Part shown: one piece after another, positions 1 through 8,834 of the stretch
Position numbering within the stretch: the stretch's first letter is position 1
Layout: each line of letters opens with the position of its first letter
Origin: Candidatus Sumerlaeaceae bacterium
GTDB taxonomy: Bacteria > Sumerlaeota > Sumerlaeia > Sumerlaeales > Sumerlaeaceae
Direction: 5' to 3'
NCBI GenBank assembly: GCA_049968255.1
Contig: JBMFRB010000013.1
Location: 1-41,805, forward strand
Length of the DNA: 41,805 nucleotides
Translations under genes and position numbers: made by a program
The notes under the pieces: model-generated
Database searches by the model: none
What the model was told of the DNA's origin: nothing
Seen by the model: the letters and a program-made list of their open reading frames with translations, nothing else

Positions 1-604
1 ACTGTGGTGGCGGAGGAGGAGTGGGCAGACGGCGAAGGAAATCTTCGATTGCATCCCGCTCACGCTGGGCAATTTCGAAGTTTCGTGCTAAGTCTTCGCT
101 CTTCACGTTGAAAGAAAGGGCCTGTTTGTATTCGTTGAGCACTTTTTCATCATATTCTTTCAGTGCGGCCTCGGCGGCTTGCCGAAGTTTTTGTGCCTCC
201 TGAAGTGGCACTTTCTCCGGCGCGGCCATGTACGGCAGCAGCGGCAAAGCCGCCGCGCGAGCACTTTCGTGGCGCAAACGCGTAAGCTGCTCGAAAGCCT
301 GCTGCGTTGCCTCCGCATCGTGCGGGTCGAACACACTGCGCAAAATCTCCTCTGCTTTCCCTTTTTCCCCCTGGCGAAGAAGCGCCAGGGCATGATTGTA
401 GCGCAGGCGCGCGGCACTCGGATTGCGTTCAGCAGCCTTCTCAAAGTACTCAGCCGCTTTTTGGAACTCACCTGAGTGATAAGCGCGCTGCCCACGGAGC
501 TCATTGATGAAGGCTTCACCTGGATAGGCTTGCACCGCGGTTGCTGGCCATGCGAGGAGCAACGCAATGATGAGGCTGACCACTGGGAGTCGCGAGCGAA
601 TCAT
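1..604 (-). CDS. BatC-like TPR protein with signal peptide (3' end runs off the window)
   Basis: Not in the ORF track. Translated by hand from the ATG at 604, which overlaps the upstream TGA (ATGA): MIRSRLPVVSLIIALLLAWPATAVQA-YPGE...AYHSGEFQKAAEYFEKAAERNPSAARLRYNHALALLRQG...YKQALSFNVKSEDLARNFEIA...PPPPPQ. Open to the window edge, has TPR-like repeats, and follows the batB-like gene. Confidence 0.8.
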   Translation of the reverse strand, partial: MIRSRLPVVSLIIALLLAWPATAVQAYPGEAFINELRGQRAYHSGEFQKAAEYFEKAAERNPSAARLRYNHALALLRQGEKGKAEEILRSVFDPHDAEATQQAFEQLTRLRHESARAAALPLLPYMAAPEKVPLQEAQKLRQAAEAALKEYDEKVLNEYKQALSFNVKSEDLARNFEIAQRERDAIEDFLRRLPTPPPPPQ

Positions 605-1605
605 GCCGCCTCCTCCTCGGCCTTGCCGCAGGTTTCAAAAACAAACATCTCGGCGATAAGCAGCACTAATGCAAGACCCACAAACCATGGGAAGCGTTCG
701 TGATAAATTCGGAACACAGTCTCCTGTTCCGCACGATGCTGCATTCGCTCGATCTCCGTAAGAATCGGCTGAATCTCCGCAGTTCCGCTTGGGTTGGCCT
801 TGAAAGCTCCGCCTTTGGTCAACTCCGCAATCTTCGTCAACGTGGCGAAATCTAGGCGCGTCGAAACGATGCGGCCCTGCTTGTCCACTTTATAACTGCC
901 TTCTTCAGGGATTGGCATTCCTTCGGTCGTGCCAATGCCGATGCAATAAATGCGCACCCCTGCCTTTGCCGCTTTTTCCGCCATTTCGATGGCATGCCCC
1001 CCGTGGTCCTCACCGTCAGTGAGCAAGACGATGACTTTATCGCCTTGCGCAGCCAATTCCAGTGCCCCAAGCGCAACGTCAATGGCGCGCCCAATGTCCG
1101 TGCCTGGTTTCGACACGCTTGAGGTGTCGATTCCTTGAAGGGCGGCCTTCGCCATCGCGTAGTCCGACGTGAGCGGACACACAATCGCCCCGTCGCCTGC
1201 AAACGCGACAATTCCCACGCGATCTCCTTTGAGGCTCCACAAGATATTTTGCAGCAGCTCTTTTGCTCGCGTCAGGCGGTTGGGTTTGTAGTCCTCCGCA
1301 AGCATGCTCTTCGAAACGTCCACTGCAATCACGAGATCGATGCCGGCCGAGACAATCCGGCGATCCTCATAACCCCACTGCGGGCGGGCTCCAGCAACAA
1401 TCGCTGCTGCGATACCACTAAGCAACAGGATCGCTGCAGCAATGCGCCGAGCGGAACTCGGGCGCGAAACAACAAACCGATGCAGGTGTTCCGCTGCGAA
1501 ACGCACCCGCAGTGTAGCCCGCCGTTTCTCGCGCCAATAAAGGAACAGCGCAATGAGCGGTAGCGCGAACACCAGCAAGAGAAATGTCGGATTCGCAAAT
1601 TTCAT
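601..1605 (-). CDS. batB: BatB-like VWA-domain membrane protein
   Basis: N-terminal FANP hydrophobic segment, ARPQWG, MIDAS DVSKSM, LLTDGEDH and a C-terminal TM. Position in a moxR/bat operon. Confidence 0.88.
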   Translation of the reverse strand: MKFANPTFLLLVFALPLIALFLYWREKRRATLRVRFAAEHLHRFVVSRPSSARRIAAAILLLSGIAAAIVAGARPQWGYEDRRIVSAGIDLVIAVDVSKSMLAEDYKPNRLTRAKELLQNILWSLKGDRVGIVAFAGDGAIVCPLTSDYAMAKAALQGIDTSSVSKPGTDIGRAIDVALGALELAAQGDKVIVLLTDGEDHGGHAIEMAEKAAKAGVRIYCIGIGTTEGMPIPEEGSYKVDKQGRIVSTRLDFATLTKIAELTKGGAFKANPSGTAEIQPILTEIERMQHRAEQETVFRIYHERFPWFVGLALVLLIAEMFVFETCGKAEEEAA

Positions 1606-2636
1606 GGCACCTTTACTCCGCGTGTTGCCCCCACAAGCAGCTCGAGTGCCAGCAATATGAGCGCTGCCAAAATGAATATGGGAGCCAGTTCGTCAAAGCG
1701 GTCGAACTGCCGGCTCTGGACTCGCGTCTTTTCCAACTTATCAATCTCGTGGTAAATCTCGCGCAGCTTCTCATTGCTGGTGGCGTGGAAATACAGCCCC
1801 CCAGTCTTCTCAGCGATGGCCTTTAGGGTTTTTTCGTCCAATCCGGCCTCGGGCCCAAACATAGCCCCCATTATGCCCAGTTGAGCTTCGTTTATATCCG
1901 TACCAACGCCGATTGTGTAGATACGCACCTTGAGCGCTTTTGCCGCATCCGCCGCCGCGAGCGGGTCAATCTGCCCCGCATTATTTTCGCCATCGGTCAG
2001 CAACACGACTACCTTGCTCTTTGCCTTGCTGGCTTCGAGCTTCTTCAGAGCGGTGGCGATACCCATCCCAATCGCCGTGGCGCGCTCATCGACAATGCCG
2101 AACTGCACCCTATCGATGAATTTCTGTACCACGACATAATCAAGGGTGAGTGGCACGAGCGTGGCAGCAGTGGCACCGAAAACGACCAAGCCAATGCGAT
2201 CGCCCCGGCGCCCTGCCACAAACTCTTTGAGCACCTCCTTTGCTGCTTCCAGCCGGTTGGGGGAAAAATCTTGACTGCGCATCGAGCCCGACACGTCAAG
2301 AAGCAGCATGATGTCTATGCCTTCAGCGAAGCTCTGGCGCTCGACACGCCCAAATTGTGGCCGCGCCAGCGCAACAACGAGGAGAGCCAGCGCCAGCATC
2401 CGCAGGCAACGGCTAATCCAAAGCCAAGCCGCGCCACTCCGGGGCCGTGCTATTTTCACCAGCGAGATATTACTGTGAAGAAAAACTGCGCTCCGGCGCC
2501 GATACAAGATGTGCGCTAGAACCGCTGCTACCAGGACCAAGAGCACGCCTAACAGCATCGATGGCGCCGCGAAACGGAAATGATCCACAGTTTGAGGGCC
2601 TTGCGTGGAAAGGAGCCGTGTAAGCTGCTGGATCAT
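1602..2636 (-). CDS. batA: BatA-like VWA-domain membrane protein
   Basis: LARPQ, MIDAS DVSGSM, PNRLEAAK, TAIGMGI, LLTDGENNAG, IYTIGVG. ATGA overlaps with both neighbours. Confidence 0.9.
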   Translation of the reverse strand: MIQQLTRLLSTQGPQTVDHFRFAAPSMLLGVLLVLVAAVLAHILYRRRSAVFLHSNISLVKIARPRSGAAWLWISRCLRMLALALLVVALARPQFGRVERQSFAEGIDIMLLLDVSGSMRSQDFSPNRLEAAKEVLKEFVAGRRGDRIGLVVFGATAATLVPLTLDYVVVQKFIDRVQFGIVDERATAIGMGIATALKKLEASKAKSKVVVLLTDGENNAGQIDPLAAADAAKALKVRIYTIGVGTDINEAQLGIMGAMFGPEAGLDEKTLKAIAEKTGGLYFHATSNEKLREIYHEIDKLEKTRVQSRQFDRFDELAPIFILAALILLALELLVGATRGVKVP

Positions 2637-3601
2637 TGCGGCCCTCCTTCGAGCCCCGCTTGCGTGTCCGATGGCTGGGTGATCGGAATACTCCGCACCA
2701 CTGTGCGCGCGCGCTCAAGGGCACGCTCCGCAGCTGAGGGCTCAGGCCGATACTTCGCAAATTTCACCAGATCGGCCTCCTCGAGAAGCGAAAAAATGTC
2801 TCTCTCGACGCTCGGAGGTATGGGCTTGTCTTCCAGCTCACGCACGAGTTCACTTGATGTGCACTCTAGCCCGTCAAAGCCGAATACAGTACCAAGGAAG
2901 ACGCGCACCGTTTCAGACAGTCGTGTGTAGAATTCCTTAAACTGGCGTTTGGCAATAAGACCCTCCGTCTCCAGGCGCTCCAACTCCCGAAGAGCAGCAA
3001 GGTCAGGGGGAAGCGGTTCTTCGACTGCCTTCTTTCGGCTTTGCCACCATCTCCACAACCAAAAAAGCAGCAAAGCCGCCGCAAACACCCCAAGTAGCCC
3101 CAGCCCGTAGGGCACCACCTTCCGCACTGGAGGGGAAACAAGCGTGTCCGGGGGCTCTGCAAGCTTGAGGGCGAACGGGACTGTTGTCTGGTCCTCAGGC
3201 CGAAGATTCGACTGAAGGTCAATGGGTTCGAGCTGGATCTCCCTGGCCATTCCCTGCTTTGTGCGCAGCGTCAGCGGCGGAAGCGGCTGCCTTCCTGCGA
3301 CTGTCCCCACGAGCTCGAGCTTTAGGCGCAGGCTCTTGCCTTGTGTCTCGACCAGGAACTTTTTCAAAGTGCGGATCCATGTCGTTTGCTTGTCGCGCAG
3401 GTAATTCTCGTCGGGCTCAAAATTTGTTGCGTTTTCCCCTTCCACGATCACGGTGAGCCTAAACGGCAGCCCGACAGTGGGCCGCACCGGGTCTGCCTGT
3501 TGCCGCACTTGAAAAGCTAGGGCGGATGCATGAGGTAGGAGCGCGAACAGCGCAAGCAGACTAAAGATGAAGGAACGTGCCGTGTTCGTCTTCCACGTCA
3601 T
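2633..3601 (-). CDS. Bat-operon membrane protein (signal peptide, exported domain, TM, DUF4381-like cytoplasmic tail)
   Basis: Signal peptide, TM, then PPDLAALRELERL..KEFYTRLSETVR..TSSEL..ADLVKFAKY, the pattern typical of the gene preceding batA. Confidence 0.75.
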   Translation of the reverse strand: MTWKTNTARSFIFSLLALFALLPHASALAFQVRQQADPVRPTVGLPFRLTVIVEGENATNFEPDENYLRDKQTTWIRTLKKFLVETQGKSLRLKLELVGTVAGRQPLPPLTLRTKQGMAREIQLEPIDLQSNLRPEDQTTVPFALKLAEPPDTLVSPPVRKVVPYGLGLLGVFAAALLLFWLWRWWQSRKKAVEEPLPPDLAALRELERLETEGLIAKRQFKEFYTRLSETVRVFLGTVFGFDGLECTSSELVRELEDKPIPPSVERDIFSLLEEADLVKFAKYRPEPSAAERALERARTVVRSIPITQPSDTQAGLEGGPQ

Positions 3602-4992
3602 TGTCCGTTGGTCGGTGCCTCTGGTTGGTTGGGGACTCTCGATGCTGTCGAAGTGGTGTTGCCTTCGAGCACTTTCAGCTGCTCGATAATCCGCGCCTTG
3701 GCGTCGGGCTCGAGCTGCAAAGCGTACTTTTTGCTAAGCGATTGCTTGATTTGCGATTCGGTGCGCGCCGCCTTTTGCGATCGCAACGCCTCCTCAATTT
3801 TGCCACGCACTTCGTCAAAAGATTGCTCGTTTCTGGGCATGCGCTTGAAGATGACGAAGAGCCAGTAATAGCTGCCGATTCGCACAGGCCCATACGTTTT
3901 GCCTTCGTCCAGACTGCGCAGTTTTGGGATCAGTTCGGCCGCCTCGCCTACCACTGGCAACTGCGTATCGCTGGCTGCAACGACCCCCAATAGTCCGCCG
4001 AGGGCACGAAGCTCCTGGTGCGTTGTAAAACTTGTGTTGAGATCGCGCCATGATGCGCCTTTTTCGTACAGTTCCTTTGCTCGGAGCAGCGCGCTATCGG
4101 TTGTTGTGGCAAGCGCGCCCACACTCAAACGTTCCGGCGTAACAAAACGCTCGTGGTGACTCTCGTAGTATTTTCTTATCTCATCCTCAGCCACTTCTCG
4201 CGATTTTTGACGTTCCTCGGCCAGCCATTGCTGTGCCAAGAGTGTGCGCTGGTAGTCGTAGAGTTGTGTGGCAACTCCTGGGCGTAAGTGCATCCCTTGC
4301 GCCACGGCGGCACGGCTAGCCAACTCCTTCTGCAAGAAGTCTTCCATCATTTGGTCAAGGCGGGGATCTTTGGGATTCAGCAAAAACTCGCGGGAGTAGC
4401 CACGCTCTCTGAGATAGCGAGCCACGGCGCCGGCGTGAATCTCGGTATCACCAGCTCGGGCCACAACACCTCCGCTGAGGTCTTCTGCGGGTGGCGCAAG
4501 TAACCGCACCACCTGCGCAAGCTCCCCGGACGTTTCACCGGCTTCCGCGAACAGCTCCGAGGCCCCACGCGTAGCAATCTTGTCGCGTAGCTCGGCCATC
4601 TTGGCTTTGATCTCCGGTTTGTCCACGGTGCGTGGATGGAAGCGGCGAGCTCGATTGTAAAAGGCGAGTGCCAGCTCCGGGTCGTCGAGCTTTTTGTCGT
4701 AAAGCTCTGCAATCTTCAGCGCAAGTTCTGCCTTCTCTTTGCGCGAGAGTCGTGGATTGCTTATCGCCTGCCGGTATTCCTGAATCGCCAAAGCGTAATC
4801 TGACTTTCGGAGAAGCTGTTCTGCGGCGCGAACATGACCTTGCGCGATGCGCTGTTCGCGCTGGTCATATTGCCAAACGGCTACAATCAGCAAGAGTGCT
4901 AGCAGGGTCCAATACACACCCTTCGGCAGGTGCTGCTTTTCTTGCTGCTCGGGCAGCGTGTTTTTCAGTCGATGCAGCTTGACTTTTCGCAT
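3598..4992 (-). CDS. Membrane-anchored TPR + SurA/PrsA-like parvulin (PpiC) foldase, degenerate active site
   Basis: N-terminal TM and TPR (DYALAIQEYRQA). Parvulin scaffold EIRKYYESHHERFVTPERL..GGLLG..GPVR..SFDEVRGKIEEAL. Confidence 0.75.
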   Translation of the reverse strand: MRKVKLHRLKNTLPEQQEKQHLPKGVYWTLLALLLIVAVWQYDQREQRIAQGHVRAAEQLLRKSDYALAIQEYRQAISNPRLSRKEKAELALKIAELYDKKLDDPELALAFYNRARRFHPRTVDKPEIKAKMAELRDKIATRGASELFAEAGETSGELAQVVRLLAPPAEDLSGGVVARAGDTEIHAGAVARYLRERGYSREFLLNPKDPRLDQMMEDFLQKELASRAAVAQGMHLRPGVATQLYDYQRTLLAQQWLAEERQKSREVAEDEIRKYYESHHERFVTPERLSVGALATTTDSALLRAKELYEKGASWRDLNTSFTTHQELRALGGLLGVVAASDTQLPVVGEAAELIPKLRSLDEGKTYGPVRIGSYYWLFVIFKRMPRNEQSFDEVRGKIEEALRSQKAARTESQIKQSLSKKYALQLEPDAKARIIEQLKVLEGNTTSTASRVPNQPEAPTNGQ

Positions 4993-4995
4993 CGT

Positions 4996-5922
4996 TCAGT
5001 ACCTCATCGCTCGACGTTCAAACACTCGCACGATTCTGTCCACATAGGGTAGGCCGCACTCGATCACAGCGTGATCCACCTGCAGCGATTTTAGTAAGTT
5101 TTCGACGTTTTCCTGTTGCCTTTGCGCAGCGCTCGCATAGCGTCGCCGAATTTCGGGATCAAACGTGTCTACCCACATCGCTTCGCCCGTTTCAGCATCC
5201 CGCATAGGCACAATTCCACATACAGGCAGTTGCTGTTCGCGCGGATCGCGCAAAATGAGAGCAATAAGATCGTGCTTGCGGTTGATGAGCGCAAGGGGAC
5301 GCCGCATGTCCGGTGCCCAGAAGTCGCTCACCAAGAAGACGACGCTCTTGCGCTTCAGCAATTTGATGGCTGTGGCCGTAGCCTGGGCAACGTTAGAGCC
5401 ACGTCCTCGCGGCTGAAACGCCAAAATCTCGCGTATAATGCGCAGCGCATGATCGCGCCCTTTACGCGGCGGAATCAGAAGTTCCACATCGTCTGCGAAA
5501 ATCAGTAGGCCGATCCGGTCATTATTCTTGATCGCGCTAAAAGCCAGCAGCGCACTCAATTCTGCGGCGACATCGCTTTTCAGGCGGCTACTTCCGAAAC
5601 GCATTGAGGCGCTCAGATCCACCATCAACAGCACCGTAAGTTCGCGCTCCTCGATAAACGTTTTGACGTAAGGGGTGCCCGTGCGCGCAGTAACGTTCCA
5701 ATCAATCGAGCGAATGTCGTCACCGGGCGTGTACTCACGCACCTCCATGAATTCCATCCCGCGGCCCTTGAACACGCTGTGGTAACGTCCCGCCACAACT
5801 TCGTTCACCATCCGGCGCGTCACAATTTCGAGGCGACGAACCTGTGCCAGAAGTTCCCTTGTGATGGGGATGCCTGCGGGATAACTTTGCCTAGACATGC
5901 GATTGTCGGACCTGCCGCTCAC
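4996..5922 (-). CDS. DUF58 family protein (MoxR partner)
   Basis: YHSVFKGRGMEFMEVREYTPGDDIRSIDWNVTAR, DLSASM, VSDF. GTG start overlaps the moxR stop; alternative ATG at 5898. Confidence 0.93.
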   Translation of the reverse strand: MSGRSDNRMSRQSYPAGIPITRELLAQVRRLEIVTRRMVNEVVAGRYHSVFKGRGMEFMEVREYTPGDDIRSIDWNVTARTGTPYVKTFIEERELTVLLMVDLSASMRFGSSRLKSDVAAELSALLAFSAIKNNDRIGLLIFADDVELLIPPRKGRDHALRIIREILAFQPRGRGSNVAQATATAIKLLKRKSVVFLVSDFWAPDMRRPLALINRKHDLIALILRDPREQQLPVCGIVPMRDAETGEAMWVDTFDPEIRRRYASAAQRQQENVENLLKSLQVDHAVIECGLPYVDRIVRVFERRAMRY

Positions 5923-6938
5923 GGCACCGGCACCTCTTCGAAGATGACTTTGATGATGTCCTCAGCTTTCACGTCCTCAGCTTCCGCCTCGTAGGTGAGG
6001 ATGATGCGGTGGCGCAAGACATCCATGGCGATGGTCTTGACGTCGTCTGGTGTCACGTGCGCGCGGTGACGTAGAAACGCATAGGCCTTCGCCGCTAGAG
6101 CAAGATAGATAGTGGCGCGAGGGCTGGCACCGTATTTGATATAGGGTCCGATTTCGAGTTTCGCTTCCTCAGGGGAGCGCGTCGCAAACACAATGTTGAG
6201 AATATAATCTTTTATCTTTTCATCAACGTAGACTTGTCGAACCAGTCGGCGAGCCTCTTGGATTTGCTCTGGAGTAATGACAGGCTGAACCCCAAACTTC
6301 GTGACGGGGTCTTCTTCCTTGTCAGAAACTCCCAACGCTTCTGCCATCTTATCGAGGATCAGACGCTCCTCGCGCCGCGACGGATAGCCAATCTGCAGCT
6401 TTAGCATGAAGCGGTCAACCTGCGCTTCAGGCAATGGATAGGTGCCTTCTTGCTCGATAGGGTTTTGCGTCGCAAGAACCATGAAAGGTTCAGGCAGAGG
6501 ATAGGTGGCGTCGCCAATCGTGACCTGATGCTCTTGCATCGCTTCTAGCAGGGCGCTTTGCACCTTTGCGGGAGCGCGGTTGATTTCGTCGGCCAACACG
6601 ATATTTGCGAAGATGGGGCCCTTGCGCGGCGAGAACGTCGCGTCCTTTTGGTTGTAAACAAGGGTTCCAATCAAATCCGCGGGCAGAAGATCAGGCGTGA
6701 ATTGAATCCGCTGGAAACTGGCGCGTATTGCTCGCGCAAGTGTTTTCACTGCCAGAGTTTTGGCAAGGCCAGGCACGCCTTCCAATAGCACGTGTCCGCC
6801 GGCAAGCAAACCCACCAGCAACCGATCAACCATTGGCTTCTGGCCTATGATAACTTTTGATATCTCGGCGTTGAGCCGATCGATGAACTCACTCTTGTCT
6901 CTGATGGTTTCTTGAAGTGAAGCCAACTCGGTGTTCAT
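5919..6938 (-). CDS. moxR: MoxR-family AAA+ ATPase
   Basis: Walker A EGVPGLAKT, RIQFTPDLLPAD, Walker B LADEINRA, ATQNPIEQEGTYPLPEAQVDRF, GASPRA. Start moved to ATG 6938, which follows a GAGGAAGGA RBS. Confidence 0.96.
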   Translation of the reverse strand: MNTELASLQETIRDKSEFIDRLNAEISKVIIGQKPMVDRLLVGLLAGGHVLLEGVPGLAKTLAVKTLARAIRASFQRIQFTPDLLPADLIGTLVYNQKDATFSPRKGPIFANIVLADEINRAPAKVQSALLEAMQEHQVTIGDATYPLPEPFMVLATQNPIEQEGTYPLPEAQVDRFMLKLQIGYPSRREERLILDKMAEALGVSDKEEDPVTKFGVQPVITPEQIQEARRLVRQVYVDEKIKDYILNIVFATRSPEEAKLEIGPYIKYGASPRATIYLALAAKAYAFLRHRAHVTPDDVKTIAMDVLRHRIILTYEAEAEDVKAEDIIKVIFEEVPVP

Positions 6939-7091
6939 TTGGCACAATCCTTCCTCTCTGACCTGAGTCCTAACGAGACATGTGGCGCTTTGGTGACGGG
7001 ATTGAATCAGCGGGTCTTGGCGGCGGTGGTAGAGCCGGGGGCAGGGGGGAGGAGGGGAGGCATCCACCACCGCACGCCAAGTTGGAAAACT

Positions 7092-8579
7092 CTACTTGCG
7101 ATTCTCGATCGTCACCATAGCGGAACTTCCGTCGCGTTCAATAAAAAACAAATGACCGTCGTTCCGGCGCGAAGAGATCGCCTTGCGGACGTCATCCTCG
7201 CTGAACACATCCTGCTTGTTCACCTGCAGAATTTTGTCGCCTTGGCGGAGTCCTGCGAGCTGGGCTGGACTGTCGGGCTCTACCCGCTCAATCACAACAC
7301 CTTTGCCGTCGGAGGCAGGTTTTACTTTTAGCCCGAGCATTTCATCCTGGGGCTGGCTTTTCGTGCCCGGCATCGGCATCGGAATTCCTCTGCGTTTCGC
7401 AGCCAGCTCCTTCTGCGAGGGACGTTCGCCAAGCTCAACCTTGAGAACCTTGCGAACAGCCTGATTCCCACCCTCGTCGCGCCACACTTCAAGTTCCACT
7501 GCCTCGCCCGGCGAGCGCGCGCCAATTTGCCGGTGCATGTCATAGATGTCTTTGATTTCCACGCCATTGACCTTGGCAATAATGTCATAGCGCTGGAGCC
7601 CCGCCTTGTCGGCCGCACTGTTCGGATGCACCTCGCGCACCACAATTCCCGCTTTCCCCGCGTAGCCAAACTGCCGGGCCAAGGCGTTGGTCAGACGGTC
7701 CATCTCGATTCCAAGATAACCGCGCGATACGTGCCCTTTCTCGATGATCTGATCCGTTACGTCCTTCGCTGTCTTGCTCGGAATGGCAAAGCCCAAGCCG
7801 GACCAAAGCCCTGTACTTGTGGCGATGGCCATGTTGATTCCGATGACTTCTCCATCGAGATTGGCCAACGCGCCACCAGAATTACCTGGGTTGATCATCG
7901 CCGTGGTCTGAATTAGATCCTCGAGCGGGGCTTTGCGGATGACGCGATGCTTGGCGCTGACGATCCCTTCGGAAACGCTGTTGTTGAAGTCGAGCGGGTT
8001 GCCAATGGCGACCACGATATCACCGACTTCGAGTTTGTCCGAGTCGCCCCATGTGGCTGCCGGCAGATCTTTCCCATCCACCTTCAGAACGGCCAAGTCC
8101 GTGAGTTCATCGCTCCCGATGATCTCGACCTTGTCGAACGTTCTTCCGTCCGGCAGCGAGACTTCGAGATCGCTCGGAGCCACATTCTCCACGACGTGGT
8201 TGCTCGTCACAATATAGCCATCCGATCGGATAATCACCCCTGAGGCAGAGCGGGCATATTTAAATTCCTGCTCCTCATTGGGCGTAAGGTCCGGCGCCAA
8301 TTGTTGGTGAAGCCGCTCAAGCTCCTCGCGCAACTGGTCATCGAGTCCCAGACCGGGCGGCAAAAACGGCCCTGCCGATCTTCCCGGTCCTTTTGCGCTG
8401 AAGTCAATGTTACTACGGATTTTCACATTGACGACGGAAGGCGAAACTTTTTTCGCCACATTGCGAAACGAATCTCGGGTAATGGGCTGATCGCCGCTAC
8501 CAGCGAGCCAAGCCGGTGCCAGAGCCGCGACAGAAAACACCCATACCACAAGCAAACTTGGTTTCAGAGCCAATCTCAT
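7092..8579 (-). CDS. DegP/DegQ (HtrA, Do-family) periplasmic serine protease with two PDZ domains
   Basis: Signal peptide, catalytic triad SNHV / DLAVLK / GNSGG, and two PDZ domains (SAADKAGLQRYD; SPAQLAGLRQGD). Confidence 0.95.
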   Translation of the reverse strand: MRLALKPSLLVVWVFSVAALAPAWLAGSGDQPITRDSFRNVAKKVSPSVVNVKIRSNIDFSAKGPGRSAGPFLPPGLGLDDQLREELERLHQQLAPDLTPNEEQEFKYARSASGVIIRSDGYIVTSNHVVENVAPSDLEVSLPDGRTFDKVEIIGSDELTDLAVLKVDGKDLPAATWGDSDKLEVGDIVVAIGNPLDFNNSVSEGIVSAKHRVIRKAPLEDLIQTTAMINPGNSGGALANLDGEVIGINMAIATSTGLWSGLGFAIPSKTAKDVTDQIIEKGHVSRGYLGIEMDRLTNALARQFGYAGKAGIVVREVHPNSAADKAGLQRYDIIAKVNGVEIKDIYDMHRQIGARSPGEAVELEVWRDEGGNQAVRKVLKVELGERPSQKELAAKRRGIPMPMPGTKSQPQDEMLGLKVKPASDGKGVVIERVEPDSPAQLAGLRQGDKILQVNKQDVFSEDDVRKAISSRRNDGHLFFIERDGSSAMVTIENRK

Positions 8580-8630
8580 AGGTTTCTAGTCTCCGACAGA
8601 ATTAACCCTTTTGGTTTTCGACCATTAGGA

Positions 8631-8646
8631 AGCAAAGGCCGTGCCA
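8631..8646 (-). promoter_or_regulatory. Sigma-54 (-24/-12) promoter of the degP-like gene
   Basis: Minus strand reads TGGCACGGCCTTTGCT, a full match to TGGCACG-N4-TTGCW. Intergenic, about 50 nt upstream of ATG 8579, correct orientation. Confidence 0.75.
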
Positions 8647-8834
8647 CACCCGCAATGTCTTTTTTCCAAGGGTTCCTTCCCACATGTCCCCTTTATTTCA
8701 GTTCTTACCTCATTCTACGTCACGAGACGGCCTCTTTCCTGTGACAGACTGTCGCAGCAGATACTTTCCTCTTGCAAATTCTTCTCGTCATGGCACACTG
8801 CGACGAAAAAAGGAGGAGGGAAGGGAGCTGCGCA

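Noticed and set aside
6940-6955. TGGCACAATCCTTCCT sigma-54-like sequence
   Set aside because: The -12 GC is missing, it points antisense to moxR, and it overlaps the moxR RBS.
6939-7070. 44-codon N-terminal extension of moxR and a G-rich tract (possible G-quadruplex)
   Set aside because: An RBS sits before ATG 6938 and the extension is low-complexity. Only three long G-runs are present, with no supporting evidence.
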